From NCBI RefSeq assembly GCF_018977255.1, contig NW_024704742.1:79176001-79240000 (forward strand): a stretch of DNA of 64,000 bases. The letters run 5' to 3'. Within the stretch, counting starts at the first letter, position 1. Each line of letters opens with the position of its first letter. The position numbers and the translations under genes are program-made. The notes below the pieces were generated by a model that was not told the DNA's origin, did not search any database, and saw only the letters and a list, made by a program, of their open reading frames with translations. The stretch is from Callorhinchus milii. Its lineage: Eukaryota. Positions 60,631-64,000 of this stretch are shown one piece after another.

Positions 60631-62502
60631 ACTGTTTGACCCTTCTAGTCCCAACAAGGGCCTGCATATTATAGTTAGTTTGTGACAAGAATTCTTCATC
60701 AAGGCTATAGTAGTTGCTCAAATTTCCATCACAGCATTATTACTAGTAAACGCTTAAGGAAACATTGAAATTACTGTACTTTGGTACATGCACACCATCA
60801 GATTAAGGAGGATTTTTTTTGTTGTTCAAGAATTGTATACCTACATTCTCCTACTCTAGTTTTGCCAAAGTACTGTATGCACTGTGCAATTATTTCAAGA
60901 ACTTTGATCAGTTTTCTTTAACCTCCACTTTCCGATAAGCATAGATTTAATGCTGAACCTCTCTCCAAGGTCAAACATTCAAAAATGTAGACTAGATATT
61001 AATCCATTCCACTGCCTTCTTCTCACAAGTATAGTGACAAACTAAGCATTTTAACAAGGTCATATTCAGAAAGAGCACAGTAGCGGTGTCATGTTTAGGT
61101 TCACCTATGATCAGATTGTCCCCTGCAGATTCAAGAACGTGTATCAAAACGTGGTGAGCTTCCTTCAAAAGAGGGGCACAATGTCTTTTTTTTCCCTCTC
61201 TCCAAAACTGAGTGTGGGAATAGGAAATTTAATTCCTGAACTTTACAGGTCTAACAAAGCATCTGGAGGTGGGTAAGCATATAACCAGGTACACTACTCC
61301 TGGAAGAGATTGTGGTGTCAATTGTAGTGCTTGCAACAAAGGAATAGATGTGTATATACCCACTCCTGGCTAGGCTTTGGTTTCCAATTTAGTCTTGTTT
61401 CAATACCACGACAAAGCTAAATACTGCATCTGACTTCAGTGGCTGACAAATAAAATACAAATTGCTATTTTTTAAAATCAAAATCCCAATAAAATGAGCA
61501 GTTTGCAACCATCATCAATGAAATTAAGCCATCCCAGCTTATTTCTTTCTTTTTGATCCTTGTTAAAACCCACAGATTGCTTTCAATATATTCTGTTCAA
61601 AATCTATGTCCCTATACTTGGTTTGAATATTTAATTGACATATTTCAGTATAGGGTAATGTCTCTTCAAGTTTCAACCAGTACATTATTTCCTTTATTTA
61701 TAAATTATAACCCCAATGTCTTCTGGACAACATCTGTAGTTCCAGACACAAGTTCCTTTCTCCCCCGCCCGCCCCCACAAACATACATGACATCTTCAAT
61801 CACCTATCTTTTCCTCCCAATGGAGAACAATTTTCCTGTTTCAGCCTTTGTTCATCACGGATTTATTTAATATCCAGCAGCTCTCTTGCTCCCTTTCTGC
61901 CCCTTACATCTTTTGGCAAAAATATTACCCAAAACAGAAACCTGACTGAAGTACAGTTTCTTGAAGCAAGAGGAAGTCGAGGAAGAGTTGGGGTGCTTTG
62001 CCTAATTCAGGAGAACGAGGAGGGATGATGGAGTATTTTGCAATCTCTTTAATAGAGTACAATCCCTTTTCTATTTGCTGAGCTTCAAGTACATCAATAT
62101 ATCAAAGAATGTAGATAGCTGTTTTGTGCACATCTTGCACCGAGAGCAGAAGAAATCGATATGGTAATATTTACAGAAAGCTTAATTCAAAGTTAGTCTT
62201 TCCCTGCTCAGAATAATAATCGCACACTGAACCATTTATCTCCCTGTGCTCAAGAATTGAGATTTGGTACAGTAATATAGACAAATGAAGGAAGGTGCCT
62301 TTGGCAGTGATAAGTGCTTCTTAAACCTCTCCATCTGACAACAGCTACCAAATTATTTAAACGTCATTGTTTTTTTAAAAAGCATAACTAATTTATGAGT
62401 TAGGAAGGATGTTCTTTTTTCTTGAGGACTGGAATTAGGGGTTGCCATGGAAATGAATTATCGTTGGTTGAGTGCATCATTCTGCTTTAATAACACACTC
62501 AC

Positions 62503-62571
62503 CTTGTACTTTTGAGAGAGTTTCACATGGCTATCTTTGTGTCTCGGAAGTGCAGTACAACATTTTTGGCA
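62503..62571 (-). other. Candidate coding exon of an unidentified gene (CQKCCTALPRHKDSHVKLSQKYK)
   Basis: Pyrimidine tract + TAG acceptor, AAG|GTGAGT donor, 69 nt with one open frame. No homology recognised. Confidence 0.25.
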
Positions 62572-63271
62572 CTACGAGGTGGGTACAAATAAAAACAAAG
62601 TGAGCAAGGAATAGCATAAAGACTAACTGCACAGCAGCATAATAATTGCTAGCTGGCATGTCCAAACCATTTTTTGTATCCTGTAGGTGTATTAAAAACT
62701 CGAAAATCTTTTCATACTCTTCTGACCTCAAACTTTATTAAAATGATCTCCTTAGACAGGCCATTTATATTGGCAACTCTGCCACATCATTGTATGTGCA
62801 CAGACACACACAATACTTCTGATCTGACTCAATACCTATTGGCAAATGATTCACTTTGTCATTATATCCATTTTGACAATGCTGGTTTAAACTTGAGCTT
62901 CTCATAGATTGTACAAGAATCAATTGCTGGTGCGAGTGGACAGTTTAACTGGCCTGAACTCAGATCTGCATATACATATGCAGAGTCCAGTATCATGAAG
63001 TTATTAGAATGTTGCAGTCAATTCAAAGAAAAATCGGGAGCGTGATATTGACCTCACATTTTCACACCAAGCCCTTCAATACATCTGTGAACAATATAAG
63101 TGCACTGCATAAGCATTGCTCAGTGACTTAGAATAATCCTTATACTTGTTATAGCGCCTTTCACGTCGGGAAGTTGCCTCAAAGTGCTTCACAGGATACA
63201 GTGTAAAGTGCAGTCACTGCATTTTGTAGGCAACCTGTTCCTTTGTTTAGGTGATGAGGGTTCACTTCACA

Positions 63272-63700
63272 TGTCCCAGCTTGGCTCAGAGGTAGCATTC
63301 ATGCCTCTGAGTCAAAGGTTGTGGGTTCAAGCTGCACGTTGGGATTTGAAATCACATAGTCCAAGCTGATACTCAAATGTGATGCTGTGGATATGCTGCA
63401 TTGTTGGAACTGTTATCCTTCAGTTGAGATGTTAAATGAGTTCCCGTCTGCTTCTTCAGGTGGAAGTTAAACATCCCATGGCATCAGTCAAAAACAGTAG
63501 AGAGTTTCTCCCGGTGTCCTGGCCAACAAATTGGCTACTCACTCCATGGCTGTTTGTCGGACACTGCTGTGTGCAATTGGCCTTATTTCGTCCACTAAAT
63601 GCACAGTTAAACCTCTTTACAATATAATCTCTGAAGCACCTTGAGATGCTTCAATGATGTGATAAGGCACTATATCAAATGGCAGGTATATTATTATTAA
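63272..63700 (+). mobile_element. DeuSINE-type element, full length
   Basis: CAGCTTGGCTCAGAGGTAGC...GGGTTCAAG head, Deu-type core, TATATCAAATG tail. Confidence 0.88.
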
Positions 63701-63819
63701 TGCAATATGCCTAATCACATCATTAAGAGATCTCAAAGTTCTTCACTGGATTTTGCCATGATGTGCAGTTACTTTGTATTTGCAGACAATTATCTTATAG
63801 TGTAAGAAGGAAGTCAATG

Positions 63820-64000
63820 TAAAACATCTCCCTTCAGAATCCATCACTGGCAGCAAAGTTTATTCCATTCTGAGCCTATTAACGTACTGTTCCATGTCCT
63901 ACATCTTACTTAATTTCTTGTCACTTTTGCTCTGTTCCCTTTAAAGTAAACTTTTACATTCTCTCATGGATGTAACCCTTGACTGCCTTTCCACATCCCG
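63820..64000 (-). mobile_element. CR1 fragment
   Basis: CCATCACTGGCAGC...ATTCCA...ATGTAACCCTTG resembles the antisense CR1 ORF2 end. Confidence 0.5.

Noticed and set aside
61119..61153. Small + strand exon before GTGAGC
   Set aside because: Several alternative acceptors and frames, none recognisable; such matches are expected by chance in 64 kb.

Overview
Repeat-dense eukaryotic genomic DNA, most likely from a cartilaginous fish. A holocephalan such as the elephant shark is my best guess, inferred from the SINE/LINE repertoire and not from a database hit. No host protein-coding gene could be recognised, and nearly all ORFs in the supplied track are retroelement-derived or spurious. The window is dominated by L2-clade LINEs: one near-full-length single-ORF copy at about 9.6-13.1 kb (APE endonuclease + RT, disrupted) and about 20 truncated copies. 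It also holds a young tRNA-derived SINE whose 3' tail matches the L2 tail, older DeuSINE (SacSINE1/AmnSINE-type) copies, and CR1 fragments. The most unusual item, largely missed by the ORF track, is a decayed non-L2, non-CR1 LINE ORF2 on the minus strand at about 56.9-58.5 kb. It shows APE motifs, a linker and the start of an RTE-group-like RT, and it is joined directly to a 3' stem-loop terminus. Related 3' sequence recurs at five other places, so the family can be partly reconstructed from this window. Other observations are stepwise SINE tail and body remodelling, several nested insertions, a 125-bp inverted duplication, candidate enhancer motifs and a few weak candidate minus-strand exons. 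Boundaries of old repeats are approximate (tens of bp).
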